Assembly (NCBI GenBank): GCA_963739455.1
Contig: CAVUAK010000001.1
Location: 1,984,001-2,048,000 of the forward strand
From: an uncultured Gemmatimonadales bacterium
GTDB lineage: Bacteria > Gemmatimonadota > Gemmatimonadetes > Gemmatimonadales > GWC2-71-9
Length of the DNA stretch: 64,000 nucleotides
Direction: 5' to 3'
Shown: one piece after another, positions 1 to 14,887 of the stretch
Numbering within the stretch: the first letter of the stretch is position 1
Layout of the letters: the number at the start of each line of letters is the position of its first letter
The notes under the pieces: generated by a model
What the model saw: the letters and a program-made list of their open reading frames with translations, nothing else
Told to the model about the DNA's origin: nothing
Database searches by the model: none
Made by a program: the position numbers and the translations under genes

Positions 1-506
1 CTTGCGATCGACCAGGGCGCGGACCGCGGTGCCGTCATCGCCCTGGACAGCGTGGTCGCAGCTCCGGTCGCGGGGGGCCTGGCGCTTGAGCGGACTTGGC
101 CCTGGGTACGGAGAACGGCAGCGCACAATGGTCTAACTCATTGGGGGAAAAGGTCTTGATTAACCCCCTTGGTGCCTGGCGCACCGGGGAGGACCTCGAG
201 TTGTATGCCGAAGTGTACGGTGCGGCAGCGGGCGCGCCTCTTGCTATTGAACTGGTGGCCACCCGGCGGAAGAGCGGGACGGGCTTCGTTCGAATCGGCA
301 AGAAGGGGAGGTCGCTGACCGTGAAGAGTGACGAGCTCGCGCGTGGGCCATTGAGCCCCATCCGGAAGACGGTGTCGCTGGCGAACCTTGCGCCAGGGAA
401 CTACGTCATCGCGCTGCGCGTCACCGATGCGGCGGGGACCGTCGTCGAGCGGCAGCGCAGCATCCTGGTGCGTCCGCCGGCCAAGCCGCTGTCCGGTTCG
501 CCGTGA
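1..506 (+). CDS. C-terminal part of a hypothetical protein (starts before the window; apparent indels near 88-95)
   Basis: Frame 1 reads LAIDQGADRGAVIALDSV..GGLAL and joins ORF 96-506 (ALG..NPLGAW..LELYAEVYG..LAPGNYVIALRVTD), an Ig-like beta-sandwich pattern. Confidence 0.55.
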
Positions 507-539
507 GCCCGCACAACCGCGCCGCGTAGAATCCTGCCC

Positions 540-2499
540 ATGTTCTGTTCCCGTTGTGGTACCGAGTTCACCGGCCAGCCGAAGTTCTGTCCCTCGTGCG
601 GCCTCGACGTCATGGCGACCACGCCGGTCGAGGCGGTCGGCGCCACGGGCGAGCGAACCGATCGGCAGATCGTGAGCGAGGCCCTCGCGGCCGAATACGA
701 GGTGCAGGACGAGCTCGGCCGCGGTGGGATGGCCCTGGTCTATCAGGCGCTGGAACGGGAGCTGGGTCGCGAGGTGGCGGTGAAGGTGCTGCCGTTCGCA
801 CTGGCCTTCGATGCCGAGTTTGTCGAGCGCTTCCAGCGCGAAGCGCGAACCGCCGCGCAACTCGAGCACCCGAACATCATCCCGATCTACCGCGTCGGTC
901 TCTCGGGGCGGGTCATCTACTTCGTCATGAAGTTCCTGCGCGGCGGCTCGCTGGCGGGGTTGCTGGAGAAGCGCGGCCGGCTCACGGCACCGGAAATCCG
1001 CCGTCTCCTGGTGGACTGTGCCAGCGCCCTCGCCTATGCGCACCAGCGGGGCATTGTCCATCGCGACATGAAGCCAGACAACGTGATGTTCGACGAGTTC
1101 GGCCAGGTGCTGCTCACCGATTTCGGCATCGCAAAGGCAATGTCGGGCGGGCGGCTGACCGGCACCGGCATGTCAATTGGCACGCCGCACTACATGAGCC
1201 CCGAGCAGGCGCGTGCGCAGAACATCGATGGACGCAGCGACATCTACTCCCTCGGCGTCGTGGCCTACCAGTGCCTCACGGGGCAGGTACCGTTCGATGG
1301 CGAGGACAGCTTCGCGATCGGGTACAAGCACATCACGGAACCACTGCCGCAGCTCACGCTGACCAGCGCAGACGATCGTCAACTGTACGAGACGATCCGC
1401 CGCATGATGATGAAGGACCCCGGTGATCGGCCCCAGGATTGCGGCGAACTGATTGCTTCGCTGCAGCGGCAGCCGACCGCGGCACCAGGGTCGCTCATCA
1501 GTGCGACGGCGGCACCGGCCGCCCCGCTGGTGTCGCCGACGGCAGGCCGGCCGACAACACCCATTCCCCCGGCCCGCACGCTTCACACGCCCCGCTCCGG
1601 TACCCGGCGCGCGCCCCCCGTCGAGCCGCTGAAGAGGGGCTCGTCGTGGCCGCTGCTCTTCGTGCTGGCCGCGGGCGCCGCGGGCGCCGGATTCTGGTAT
1701 GTGCAGCAGCAGGATGCCTCGGCCACCCCGCCACCGGCGACAGGTCGCGTGGATACAGTCGTGGTTCACGCACCTGCGCTTCCGGTTCCGGTCGCCGAGG
1801 TGCCCGATTCGGCCAGCGCCTCCGTCGACACTGCGCGTGGCGCGATGCCGGTGGCCACGGCCGACTCTGCCGTGGCCGCGGCTCCTTCACCCGCTCCCAC
1901 GGTCCCGGCTGCCGCGGCCGATAGTGGTGCGCTCAAGATCGTCGGCCTGCCCGCTGGTTCGAGCGTGCTCATCGATGGGGAGCCGGTGAACGAGGCCGTT
2001 ACCCGGCTGCCTGTCGGGCGTCACACCGTTGGCGTCTCGGCGCCGCTGCACAACTTCTATGAAGAGGTGGTGCAGATCGTTGCCGGTGACCTGTACGAGC
2101 TGGAGCCGGTGCTCGTGCGGCAGGGCGTTGCGACGGCGCGGCGCGGAATGGTCCAGCGCCGTCTCGCGGCCCGGGGCGTGATTCCGGCCGGCTGTGACAA
2201 GCCTGGTCCGACCTACAATGCCGACCACAGTTGCTATGACGTGCGGCCCCGGCCGATTGATGCGGGGAACGTGGCCCTGACACCGGACATCAAGGGAATG
2301 CCTTCACCGAGCACGCTCCTGGTTCGGGTGTCGGTGGACGGGCATCCCGCTGGAGGTGCGGGGGCTCCGCCCTTCCAATGACCTGCAGTACGAGGCCCTC
2401 GCGCGCGCATTCGCCGCCAACACCTCCTGGACACCGGCGATGCGGGATGGTGTCGCTGTGGAGGGGTGGACGAGCTGGGCCTTTACGCCGGTTCGCTGA
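540..2499 (+). CDS. Ser/Thr protein kinase: N-terminal zinc ribbon, kinase, TM helix, PEGA-like domain, TonB-C-like tail (indel near 2360)
   Basis: CSRC..CPSC; GRGGMA, VAVK, HRDMKPDN, DFG, GTPHYMSPE; TM WPLLFVLAAGAAGAGFWYV; the tail continues in another frame as WTPAMRDGVAVEGWTSWAFTPVR, stop at 2497-2499. Confidence 0.9.
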
Positions 2500-2582
2500 G
2501 GCGTAAGGGCGTGTTGACGTGAGGCGGTGTATTTTCCCCGCTTCGATCGGTTCAGCTCCAAGTCCTCAAGCCCTCACATCCA

Positions 2583-3086
2583 ATGTCCATTCATCCCACG
2601 GCCTTCATCGCCCCCAACGCCACGGTCCTTGGCAATGTCACCCTTGGCGCTGATGCGAGCGTCTGGTATGGCTGCGTGGTGCGCGGAGACAGCGAGGCGA
2701 TCGAGATCGGCGCCGAGACCAACATCCAGGACCTCACGGTGGTGCACGCCGATCCAGGTTCGCCCTGTCGGATCGGGCGTCGGGTGGCGGTGGGTCACCG
2801 GGCCATCTTGCATGCGTGCGTGGTCGAGGATCTCTGCCTGATCGGGATGGGGAGCATCATCCTGAACAACGCTCGAATCGGCACCGGAAGCGTGGTGGCC
2901 GCCGGTGCGGTGGTACCGGAAGGCATGATCGTGCCGCCAGGTTCGGTGGTGATGGGAGTTCCGGCGCGAGTGGTCCGTTCGGTGGACCCGATCCTGGCGG
3001 AACGGATCGCCGGTACCTGGTCACGGTACGTTGAGTTCGCGCGGTTGCATCGCAGGGGGGACTTCCGGGCGGTGCCGACACAATAA
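2583..3086 (+). CDS. Gamma carbonic anhydrase family (hexapeptide repeat) protein
   Basis: IHPTAFIAPNATVLGNV, VRGD, NIQD..VH, GHRAILHAC motifs. Confidence 0.92.
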   Translation: MSIHPTAFIAPNATVLGNVTLGADASVWYGCVVRGDSEAIEIGAETNIQDLTVVHADPGSPCRIGRRVAVGHRAILHACVVEDLCLIGMGSIILNNARIGTGSVVAAGAVVPEGMIVPPGSVVMGVPARVVRSVDPILAERIAGTWSRYVEFARLHRRGDFRAVPTQ

Positions 3087-3187
3087 TAGGACTGTTACGG
3101 CAGTGGCCTTGGCGCCGTGACGCAGTTGTAGCAGATTTGTGATGTGAGTATCGAAAAAGCGCGCTCCTACGTGGCATTCGCGGCGTA

Positions 3188-3216
3188 TTGTGTCGGTCCG
3201 GAGATTCTCCTAATAT
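3188..3216 (+). promoter_or_regulatory. Putative sigma70 promoter of nrdJ
   Basis: TTGTGT (3188-3193), 17 bp spacer, TAATAT (3211-3216), about 105 bp upstream of the ATG. Confidence 0.45.
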
Positions 3217-3322
3217 TGCCCTCCCTTGCCGAGCCGATGAGTGCTCACGGCGGCGCAAGGACGAGAGCCGCGGCGAGCCGCAGCCGCACCGTACAACACC
3301 GCTAAAACTGAGGTCAGTGCCT

Positions 3323-5845
3323 ATGAACGGGTCCACGCCACGGGACGAGGTCGGTCTGTCTCCGAACGCCATCACGGTGCTCGAGAAGCGCTACCTCCTG
3401 CGTGATGAAGCCGGCAAGCCGGTGGAATCGGCCGCATCCCTGTTCTGGCGTGTCGCTCGCACGGTCGCGGAACCGGACCGGAAGTACGGCGCATCCGAAG
3501 GCGCGGTCGAGGCCCTGGCTGAGGCGTTCTTCGACCTCATGTCCGAGCGCAAGTTCATGCCCAATTCGCCCACGCTCATGAATGCGGGCCGTCCCCTGGG
3601 CCAGCTCTCCGCCTGCTTCGTCCTTCCAGTGGACGATGCCCTCTCCAATGGGCAGGCCGGCATCTACGACACCCTTCGCTCGATGGCCCTGGTGCACCAG
3701 TCGGGCGGTGGCACCGGCTTCAGCTTCTCCCGGCTCCGCCCCAAGAACGACATCGTCCGCTCCACCATGGGCGTCGCATCGGGCCCGGTGTCGTTCATGA
3801 GCCTCTTCGACGCCTCCACCGACGTCGTCAAGCAGGGTGGCACGCGGCGGGGCGCGAACATGGGGATCCTCCGGGTCGATCACCCGGACATCCTGGACTT
3901 CATCAACTGCAAGGACGACATCACCAAGATCACCAACTTCAACATCTCGGTGGCGGTGACGGACGCGTTCATGCAGGCCGTGGAAGTGGACGAGGAGTAC
4001 GACCTGGTGCATCCCAACACCCGCAAGGTGGTGGGTCGCCTGCGCGCGCGGGACGTGTGGGAGAAGATCATCCACGGCGCCTGGCGCACCGGCGAGCCGG
4101 GCGTGTACTTCACCGATCGCGCCAATTACTACAATCCGGTGCCGCACCTCGGCTCCTACGAGGCGACGAACCCCTGCGGTGAGCAGCCCCTCCTTCCATA
4201 CGATGTCTGCAACCTCGGCTCCATCAATGTCGGCGTGTTCATCAAGGACGGCGACATCGACTGGGATGGGCTCCGCCAGGTGGTGCACCTCTGCACCCAC
4301 TTCCTCGAGAACGTGATCGACGCCAACAGCTACCCGCTGCCGCAGATCACCGACCTCGCCCATCGTATCCGGCGCATCGGCCTCGGCCTCATGGGCCTCG
4401 CCGACGCCTTCATCCATCTCGGCGTCGCCTACGATTCGGACGAGGCGGTTGATCTTGGTCGTCGTATCCAGGCCTTCATCGACGACGAGGCGAAGCGCGA
4501 ATCCGAGCGGCTGGCCACCATCCGGGGCGTCTTCCCGGAGTGGGAGCGCAGCATCTGGGGCCCGGACGAGACCTGTGCACGCGGCCCGAACGGCGAGCGC
4601 ATCCGTCCCATGCGGAAGCTGCGGAACTGCAACGTCACCACGGTGGCGCCGACCGGCACCATCTCCATCATTGCGAGCTGCAGCTCGGGTATCGAGCCGC
4701 TCTTCGCGGTGGCGTTCATGCGCAACCAGGCTGGTGTGCTCATGCCCGACGTCAACGAAGAGTTCGTGGCGATCGCGAAGAATGAGGGCTGGTACAGCGA
4801 AGAGCTGATGAAGCGCATCGCCGAGTCGGGCAACATCCGGTTTCCGGAAGTGCCGGCCAAGTGGCAGCGCGTGTTCGTCACCGCCAACGAGATCAAGCCG
4901 GAGTGGCACATCCGGATGCAGGCGGCATTCCAGGAGCACAACGACTCGGCCATCTCGAAGACCTGCAACTTCGCGAATGACGCCTCGGAGGCGTACGTCG
5001 AGGAGATCTACCGGCTCGCGTACAAGCTCGGGCTGCAAGGGTGTCACGGTGTACCGTGATGGCAGCCGCGACATGCAGGTCCTGTCCACCGGCTCGGTGG
5101 CGAAGAAGGTCCAGGAGCAGGCCACCTCCAGCGGCAAGTCCGAGGCGCGCTCCGACCTGGCCGGCATGACGCAACTCGGCGGCCGAGGCCGATGCGGCCC
5201 GCGCCGATCTCCATGGCGAGCTGGCGGAAGTGCGGGCCGAGAACGAGCGGCTCAAGCGGATGGTGCACGAGCTCGAGGCCGAGACGCTCAATCGTCGGCA
5301 GAAGCGCTCGCGTCCCGAGTTGCTGCGGGGCACCACGCGCCGCATCGAGACCCCGCTCGGCACGCTCTACGTCACCATCACGGAAGACGACCGCGCGCAG
5401 CCGTTCGAGGTGTTCATGAGCCTGGGCAAGGCGGGCGGCGCGCTGATGGCCGACGTCGAGGCGATCGGCCGGCTCATCAGCCTCGCGCTGCGGTCGGGCA
5501 TTCCGCTCAAGGAGATCTACCGCCAGCTGCGCGGCATCAGCTCCGACCGGGTCATGGGCCTCGGGCCGAGCAAGATCCTGTCGGTGCCCGATGCCGTCGG
5601 CATTGCCATCGAGCGCTGGCTGCAGGAGAAGCAGGGGATCCAGCAGGACCTGCTCACCACCAACGAGACCCAGGTACCGGTGGTGGCCGATCGTTCACCC
5701 GGTCATCTCCGGCGATGAGCAGCAGCTCGCCCTCGGGGGAATGCAGAACACGCTGGCGGGGGCCTGCCCGGATTGCAGCTCGCAGCTGGAGTTCGCCGAG
5801 GGATGCGCGAAGTGCCACGTGTGCGGCTACTCCGAGTGCGGTTGA
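3323..5845 (+). CDS. nrdJ: Adenosylcobalamin-dependent (class II) ribonucleotide reductase with TSCPD-like domain and C-terminal zinc ribbon (several indels at 5030-5710)
   Basis: FMPNSPTLMNAG, QLSACFV, GGGTG, RRGANMG, ATNPCGEQPL, TTVAPTGTIS, GCKGVTVYRDGSR, TPLGTLYVTI..PFEVF, CPDC..EGCAKCHVCGYSECG across ORFs 3188-5059, 4977-, 5230-5718 and 5591-5845. Confidence 0.93.
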
Positions 5846-5961
5846 TCTTCCTCGCGCGGTCCTGACAACCGCGATCCTGGAGGACGAGGCGCCCGCCGAT
5901 CATCGATCGGCGGGCGCTTTGGCTTAGATTACGGGCCGGCCCAACGGGAGCAGCGTGGCAC

Positions 5962-7424
<1,463 letters not shown>

Positions 7425-7432
7425 GTGATGGA

Positions 7433-7895
7433 ATGCACGTGCTGAGGCGCTTGCCACGGATCGCCCTGCTGCTGGCAGGCGCCGTTGCCTCTGTGGCAGC
7501 GGGCGGGCATGCCCAGGACAGGACAACGAGCGAGTCTATCCAGTTCCTCCTCGGTGATTCAACGCAGTACCGGGAGGCAATCACCGTCTTCCAGAAGGCC
7601 GTGAAGGGCCACGACGCGGCCCGGGTCGCCGCCCTGGTGAGCTACCCGATCAAGGTCACCATGGGAGGGTCGAAGCGAACCATCAAGTCGCCGCAGGCCT
7701 TCGTCGCGAAGTACGACAGCATCATCACGCCGGCCATTGCAGCCGCGGTCCAGGACCAGAAGTGGGACGACCTCTTCGTGAACTACCAGGGCGTCATGCT
7801 CGGCCGGGGTGAGGTGTGGATCAGCGGCGTCTGCCGGGACAAGAGCTGCAGTGAAGGCAGACGTCCGCGTGATCACCATCCAGCGAGCTACTTGA
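7433..7895 (+). CDS. Hypothetical exported protein (indel near 7855)
   Basis: Signal peptide [50 protein letters not shown]; alternate frame ends [12 protein letters not shown]. Confidence 0.65.
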
Positions 7896-8988
7896 TCGAC
7901 GCCATGTCGATCACGAAGCGGTACTTCACGTCGCTCTTCAGCATCCGCTCGTAGGCTTCGTTGATCTTCTGCATCGGGATCACTTCCACGTCGGACACGA
8001 TGTTGTGCTCCGCGCAGAAGTCGAGCATCTCCTGCGTCTCCTTGATCCCGCCGATGAGCGATCCTGCCATCGCACGACGCTTGAAGATGAGCGAGCCCAC
8101 GTTCGGGCGACGGGAGGCGGGTGTTCCGGCACGCCGAGCATGACCATCGTGCCGTCACGCTTGAGCAGGTTGAGGTACAGGTTGATGTCGTGCGTGGCCG
8201 AGACCGTGTTGAGGATGAGGTCAAGGCTCCCCGCATGCTTCGCCACTTCCTCGGGGACCCGGGAAACAACCACCTCACTCGCACCGAGGCGCTTTCCATC
8301 GTCCGTCTTCCCGGGCGAACTCGTGAAGAGCACCACTTCGGCGCCGAGTGCGTGCGCCAGCTTCACCGCCATGTGACCAAGGCCACCCAGGCCAACGACA
8401 CCGACCTTCTTGCCAGGGCCCGCATTCCAGTGCTTGAGCGGGGACCAGGTGGTGATGCCGGCGCAGAGCAGCGGCGCGGTGCCAGCGGGGTCAAGCTTGC
8501 TGGAGACACTGCAGCACGAAGTCCTGGTCGACCGTGATGCCGGTGGAATACCCGCCGTACGTCACGCCGCCGAGCACCTTGTCCTCGCTGTTGTACGTGA
8601 AGGTCTGGCCCTTCTGGCAATACTGCTCCAGGCCTTCGCGGCAGTCCGGACAGGTACGGCAGGAGTCCACCATGCAGCCGACCGCGGCGATGTCGCCCTT
8701 CTTGAACTTCGTGACGTCCTTGCCGACACTCACGACACGGCCCAGGATCTCATGGCCGGGAATGCACGGATAGGTGGTGCCCTGCCACTCGCTCTTCACG
8801 GTGTGCAGGTCGGAATGACAGACGCCGCAGAACAGGATCTCGATCTGGACGTCGCGCGGCCCGGGTGCGCGACGCTCGAAGGCGAGAGGCCCAAGCGGTG
8901 ACGTAGCATCGAAGGCCGCATAGGCCTGCGCCGGTACCGTGGCGGGACGGGAGCCGGCGGTGCTCGCAGGCAAGGTGGTGGCAGTCAT
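7888..8988 (-). CDS. Zn-dependent NAD(P)H alcohol/aldehyde dehydrogenase (YahK/cinnamyl-ADH family; several indels)
   Basis: [57 protein letters not shown] in ORFs 8491-8988, 7980-8372 and 7888-8100. Confidence 0.92.
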
Positions 8989-9123
8989 GTCGGGCTCCAG
9001 TTAGGGCAATAACGAGCGGCACCGCGGGCCGTCCAACCCGGCGGTGACGCGGCTCCATGTGCGTCGATGAACGTGCGTCCGGTCGTCCCGATTGTCAAGT
9101 AGTTGTTAAAGTGTTTAAGTTGA

Positions 9124-10206
<1,083 letters not shown>

Positions 10207-10222
10207 TCGGGTAGATTCGGTC

Positions 10223-10510
10223 ATGGGAAAGTCCAGGACATCACTGACGCCGGAGCAGCGGGCCGCCGCCTTCAAGGCGCTGGGCGAATCGACGCGACTC
10301 CGTATCGTCGACTTCCTGCGCGGCCGCGAAGAGGAGGCAACCGGCACCGAGGTCGCCGACGAAACCGGCATCAGCCTCGCGCTGCTGTGCCATCACGCCG
10401 ATGCCCTCGTCGAGTCCGGGCTCGTGGTCAAGCGCAAGGAAGGGCAGACCAGCTACTGGCGCATCAACCGTGATGCACTCGAGCTGCTGGTGCGCGACCT
10501 GGACGGCTGA
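10223..10510 (+). CDS. ArsR/SmtB family transcriptional regulator
   Basis: [53 protein letters not shown]. Confidence 0.88.
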   Translation: MGKSRTSLTPEQRAAAFKALGESTRLRIVDFLRGREEEATGTEVADETGISLALLCHHADALVESGLVVKRKEGQTSYWRINRDALELLVRDLDG

Positions 10511-10512
10511 CG

Positions 10513-11436
10513 ATGCTGACCCGGAATCTCCGCTATCTCGTGGCGCTGTCCGCTGAACGACACTTTGCCCGGGCGGCGGCGGTATGCGAGGTCACGCAGC
10601 CCACGTTGTCCGCCGGTATCAAGCACCTCGAGGAGGAGCTCGGCGTCCTGATCGTGCAGCGGGGCCAGCGCTTCGAGGGGTTCACCGCCGAGGGCGAGCG
10701 GATCCTTGCATGGGCACGTCGAATCCTGGACGACGTGGAGAGCCTGCACCAGGAAGTGAGCGCACTGCGGAACCAGCTGGTCGGCCGCCTGCGACTGGGC
10801 GCGATTCCCACCGCGCTTCCATTTGCGGCGCGACTGACCACGCCCTTCGCGGCAGCGCATCCCGGCGTGACGATCTCCGTTGCTTCCCTGAGCTCAGTCG
10901 ATATTCAGCGCGGCCTGGATGACTTCACGCTCGACGCAGGGATCACCTATCTGGACAATGAGCCCCTGGCGCGCGTGCGCGGCATTCCACTCTACCTGGA
11001 GCGGTACTTCGTCATGACGGCGGCGACGCTCGATGGAGGAGTCGAGCAGATGTCATGGAGTGACGCCGCGAAGTTGCCGCTTTGCCTGCTGACGCCCGAC
11101 ATGCAGAACCGGCGGATCCTCAATGCGAGCTTTGCCGCGGCGGGTGCCGCGGTGCAGCCGGGCATCGAGACGAACTCAGTGCTCGCGATCCTGGCGCATG
11201 TACGGAGTGGGGCGTGGGCGAGCGTGGTGCCGCAGACCTTCCTGCCATTCCTGCCGAGCGACGACGAGGTGCGTGCCATTCCGCTTGTCGATCCGGTCGT
11301 AACACACCAGGTGGGCCTTGTCGTGCCGGACCGCGAGCCGCTCACGCCGTCCGCGCGGGCGCTGCTCAATACCGCTCGTGCCGAGATCTCGGCGCCTCTT
11401 GGCATGCCCGCTGGTGTCGGCGCCGCATCGCGCTGA
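10513..11436 (+). CDS. LysR family transcriptional regulator
   Basis: LRYLVAL..HFARAA..VTQPTLSAGIKHLEEELG HTH plus substrate-binding domain. Confidence 0.93.
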   Translation: MLTRNLRYLVALSAERHFARAAAVCEVTQPTLSAGIKHLEEELGVLIVQRGQRFEGFTAEGERILAWARRILDDVESLHQEVSALRNQLVGRLRLGAIPTALPFAARLTTPFAAAHPGVTISVASLSSVDIQRGLDDFTLDAGITYLDNEPLARVRGIPLYLERYFVMTAATLDGGVEQMSWSDAAKLPLCLLTPDMQNRRILNASFAAAGAAVQPGIETNSVLAILAHVRSGAWASVVPQTFLPFLPSDDEVRAIPLVDPVVTHQVGLVVPDREPLTPSARALLNTARAEISAPLGMPAGVGAASR

Positions 11437-11449
11437 CGCCGGCACGACT

Positions 11450-12301
11450 TCAGGACCGCAGGAGCAGGGTAGTTCCCCAAGGGTCAGTCACCCGCGTGCC
11501 ATCTCCGGAATGCGTCACGACGTGGCCGGCCGCTTCCAGCCGCTGGGCGGCCGCTACGACAGCCTCGCGATCGGGCAGTACCAGCTCCCACTCAAGCAGG
11601 CGAGCATCATTGTCGCCCGGGCGCGGCGCGTCGTCGCCGGCCCAGATATTCGTCCCCAGATGATGGTGGTATCCGCCTGCCGAGAGAAACAGCGCGCCAG
11701 GGTAGCTCCACACAGTCGGCTCGAGTCCCAGGGCATCGCCGTAGAATGCCGCGGCCGTCTCGAGCGCCCCCACATGCAGGTGCATGTGCCCCATGACGGT
11801 GCCCGCAGGCATCCCGGTCCATGGTGCGGTGCCCCCGGCCGCCAACACGCTCTCGATATCGAGTGGCTTGGTCTCCACCACCATCTCGCCGTCCCGGCGC
11901 ACCCAGGTCGATCGGGCCCGGTCGGCATACACCTCGATCCCGAGGCCGTCAGGATCGTGCAGGTACAGCGCCTCGCTGACGAGGTGGTCCGATGCGCCCA
12001 CCTGGGCGTCGATACTCGCGAGGTGCCGCAGCAGTCGCCCCAGTGCCGCTCGGTCCGGCAGCAGGATCGCGAAGTGGAACAGCCCAAGATGGCCACGTCG
12101 CCGGACCGGGTTGGCGCCGGGGCGCTCCCGGAACTCGATCAGCGGGATCTCGCTCACCTGGTCTCCGAGCACCGCCTCGCTGGCGTGCCGGTGAAGCAGC
12201 CTCAGGCCAAGGACCTGCTGGTAGTACCGGATAGACCGGTCCAGGTCAGCCACCTGAAGACGCACGCGACCGAGATGCGTTTCAGCGGGGAGACGGGCCA
12301 T
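11450..12301 (-). CDS. VOC/glyoxalase protein, catechol 2,3-dioxygenase CatE-like
   Basis: LGRVRLQVADL, GLFHFAILLP, ASDHLVSEALYLHDPDGLGIEVY, MGHMHL, GGYHHHLGTNIW, DPWG. Confidence 0.9.
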   Translation of the reverse strand: MARLPAETHLGRVRLQVADLDRSIRYYQQVLGLRLLHRHASEAVLGDQVSEIPLIEFRERPGANPVRRRGHLGLFHFAILLPDRAALGRLLRHLASIDAQVGASDHLVSEALYLHDPDGLGIEVYADRARSTWVRRDGEMVVETKPLDIESVLAAGGTAPWTGMPAGTVMGHMHLHVGALETAAAFYGDALGLEPTVWSYPGALFLSAGGYHHHLGTNIWAGDDAPRPGDNDARLLEWELVLPDREAVVAAAQRLEAAGHVVTHSGDGTRVTDPWGTTLLLRS

Positions 12302-12465
12302 GTCATTGTCCTCGCATCGATGGTGTGTGCAGGTCGCCCAGGCGACTAACAGGTGGGGCGTTCCGTAGGAAGCTAGCGCATTTCCGGGCATGCAGCGGGC
12401 GCGGGATCAGGGCTTATATTCCGTGGACCGCACCACCTTCATTTGCACCCAGGAGACTTGCGCCG

Positions 12466-12738
12466 ATGACATCCGACTCGCAGGCCCGATCCCCCAAGCC
12501 GGTACCTGCGTCGCGGGTGGCGCGGGAACTGGCCCACCTGAGCGACATGCGCGCAAATGGTGAGCTCGATCGTGATGAGTATGAGCATCGCTTCTCACGC
12601 ATGATCAGCGAGCTGCGCGACCGTCGCATCGAGGGAAATCGCCAGGAGATCATTGCCGCCATCAAGCCACTGCTGGAAGATGGCCGTATCCACGCCGCCG
12701 AGTATGACCGGTTCGTCCAGCAGATGGGCCTGGTGTAA
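12466..12738 (+). CDS. Small hypothetical helical protein (SHOCT-like repeats)
   Basis: AGGAG RBS upstream; LSDMRANGELDRDEYE and LLEDGRIHAAEYD resemble SHOCT motifs. Confidence 0.6.
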   Translation: MTSDSQARSPKPVPASRVARELAHLSDMRANGELDRDEYEHRFSRMISELRDRRIEGNRQEIIAAIKPLLEDGRIHAAEYDRFVQQMGLV

Positions 12739-13617
12739 TGCAGCAGCGCCCGCTCGGCCGCGGGGCGCCGCCGGTCTCCGTGATCGGGTATGGCGGCATG
12801 CACCTGTCGCTCGCCGGTCGCCCGACGGAGGACGCGGCCATCCGGGTCATTCATGCAGGTCTCGACTGCCGGCATGACGCTCATCGATACCGCCGATGTC
12901 TACTGCCTGGACCAGAACGATATCGGCCACAATGAACGCCTTGTTGCCCAGGCGCTCCGCAGCTGGAACGGATCGCGCGAGCCAGGTCATCGTCGCGACC
13001 AAGGGCGGCATGATCCGCCCCGATGGTCGATGGGAGCGCGACGCCCGCCCGGAGCGCCTCCGCCGCTCGTGCGAGCGCTCGCTGCAGGCGCTGGGGGTGG
13101 ACCGGATCGACCTCTACCAGATCCACGCGCCCGACCATCAGGTGCCCTTCGAGGAGAGCGTAGGGGCGCTGGCCGACTTGCAGCGCGAGGGGAAGATCCG
13201 CTGGATCGGGCTCTCGAACGTCAGCGTCGCCGAGATCAAGGCAGCCGAGTCGATCGCCGAGGTGGCCACGGTGCAGAACCGCCTCAACCCGTTCTTCCGG
13301 GAGGCGATCGAGACCGGCGTCGTACGGTACTGTGGCGAACGCGGCATCGGGTTCCTGGCCTACAGCCCGACCGGCGGCGGCCGGCTGACGAAAAAGCTGC
13401 CGGGTCACGTGGTCCTGCAGCGGATTTCCGGAGAGCTCGGCTTTTCTCCCCATGCGCTCGTCATTGCGTGGGGCCTCGCGCAGGGGCCCAACGGTGCTCT
13501 CGATCCCGAGTGCCCGCACTGAGGCGCACGTGCGCGACAGCGCCGATCGCCGGCGACCTCGTGCTGAGCGATGCCGATCGCTGGGCCATCTCCGAAGCAC
13601 ACTTCGATCGATCCTGA
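12738..13617 (+). CDS. Aldo/keto reductase (several indels)
   Basis: VSVIGYGGM, LIDTADVY, ATKGG, SLQALGVDRIDLYQIH, GKIRWIGLSN, AYSP. Confidence 0.9.
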
Positions 13618-13620
13618 CGC

Positions 13621-14874
13621 ATGCCATTCGCCCCACGACGCCCCACGCCCACCGTCCATATCGGCGCCGTTGCCGTCGGCTCCTGTCATCCGATCGTGGT
13701 GCAGTCGATGACCAATACCGACACCGCCGACGTCGTGGGAACGGTGCGGCAGGTGGCCGAACTGGCCCGGGCCGGCAGCGAACTGGTGCGGGTCACGGTC
13801 AACAACGAGGACGCGGCCCGGGCAGTGCCACACATTGTCGACGGGCTCGATCGCATCGGCGTGCACGTGCCGATCATCGGTGACTTTCATTACAACGGTC
13901 ACCTGCTGCTCACCCGCCATCCGGACTGCGCCCGGGCACTCGCCAAGTTCCGCATCAACCCGGGGAACGTCGGTGGGAAGCACGCCGACACCAACTTCCG
14001 CGCGATCATCGAGGTGGCGCTGGCGCACGGCAAGCCGGTGCGTATCGGTGTCAACTGGGGATCACTGGACCAGCAGCTGCTGACCGAGCTGATGGACGCG
14101 AATGCCTTGCTCGAGGCGCCGCGTGACGCCCGCGACGTGACCATGGAGGCGATGGTGCAGAGCGCGATCCGCTCGGCGGCCTTTGCCGAGGGCGTCGGCA
14201 TGGCGCGCGACCGGATCATCCTCAGCGCCAAGGTGTCTGGCGTGCAGGACCTCATCGACGTGTACCGCATGCTGGCACGGCGGAGCGAGTATCCGCTGCA
14301 TCTCGGCTTGACCGAGGCAGGGATGGGAGCCAAAGGGGTCGTCGCGAGCGCGGCCGGGCTCGCGGTGCTGCTCCAGGAGGGGATCGGCGACACGATCCGC
14401 GTGTCACTGACTCCCGCGCCCGGCGGTGACCGCGCAGAGGAGGTGCGCGTGGCCCAGCAGATCCTGCAGAGCCTGGAGCTGCGGAGCTTCACGCCGCAGG
14501 TGACGAGTTGCCCCGGCTGCGGGCGCACGACGAGCACCTTCTTCCAGCACATGGCGCAGGACATCGAGAGCTACCTCCGGCAGAAGATGCCGGTCTGGGG
14601 CGCGGACCATCCCGGTGTCGAGGAGATGAAGGTGGCCGTCATGGGATGCGTGGTGAACGGGCCCGGTGAGTCGAAGCACGCCAACATCGGGATCTCGCTG
14701 CCCGGAACCTTCGAGGAACCCAAGGCGCCGGTGTATGTGGACGGCAAGCTCTTCGTGACGCTCAAGGGAGACAGGATCGTCCCGGAGTTCCTCGAGATCC
14801 TCGAGAACTACGTGACGGCGCGATACGGCGTGGCCGCCGGGGCGGGGACGACAGAGGGCGGCTCGGGTCGCTAG
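13621..14874 (+). CDS. ispG: (E)-4-hydroxy-3-methylbut-2-enyl-diphosphate synthase
   Basis: [63 protein letters not shown]. Confidence 0.97.
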   Translation: MPFAPRRPTPTVHIGAVAVGSCHPIVVQSMTNTDTADVVGTVRQVAELARAGSELVRVTVNNEDAARAVPHIVDGLDRIGVHVPIIGDFHYNGHLLLTRHPDCARALAKFRINPGNVGGKHADTNFRAIIEVALAHGKPVRIGVNWGSLDQQLLTELMDANALLEAPRDARDVTMEAMVQSAIRSAAFAEGVGMARDRIILSAKVSGVQDLIDVYRMLARRSEYPLHLGLTEAGMGAKGVVASAAGLAVLLQEGIGDTIRVSLTPAPGGDRAEEVRVAQQILQSLELRSFTPQVTSCPGCGRTTSTFFQHMAQDIESYLRQKMPVWGADHPGVEEMKVAVMGCVVNGPGESKHANIGISLPGTFEEPKAPVYVDGKLFVTLKGDRIVPEFLEILENYVTARYGVAAGAGTTEGGSGR

Positions 14875-14887
14875 TGGCCGTGCCGAC

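Noticed and set aside
3070..3322. Cobalamin riboswitch or NrdR boxes upstream of nrdJ
   Set aside because: No B12-box/GGGAA core; only half-matches to the NrdR box (ACACAATAATAGG, TATTGTGT)
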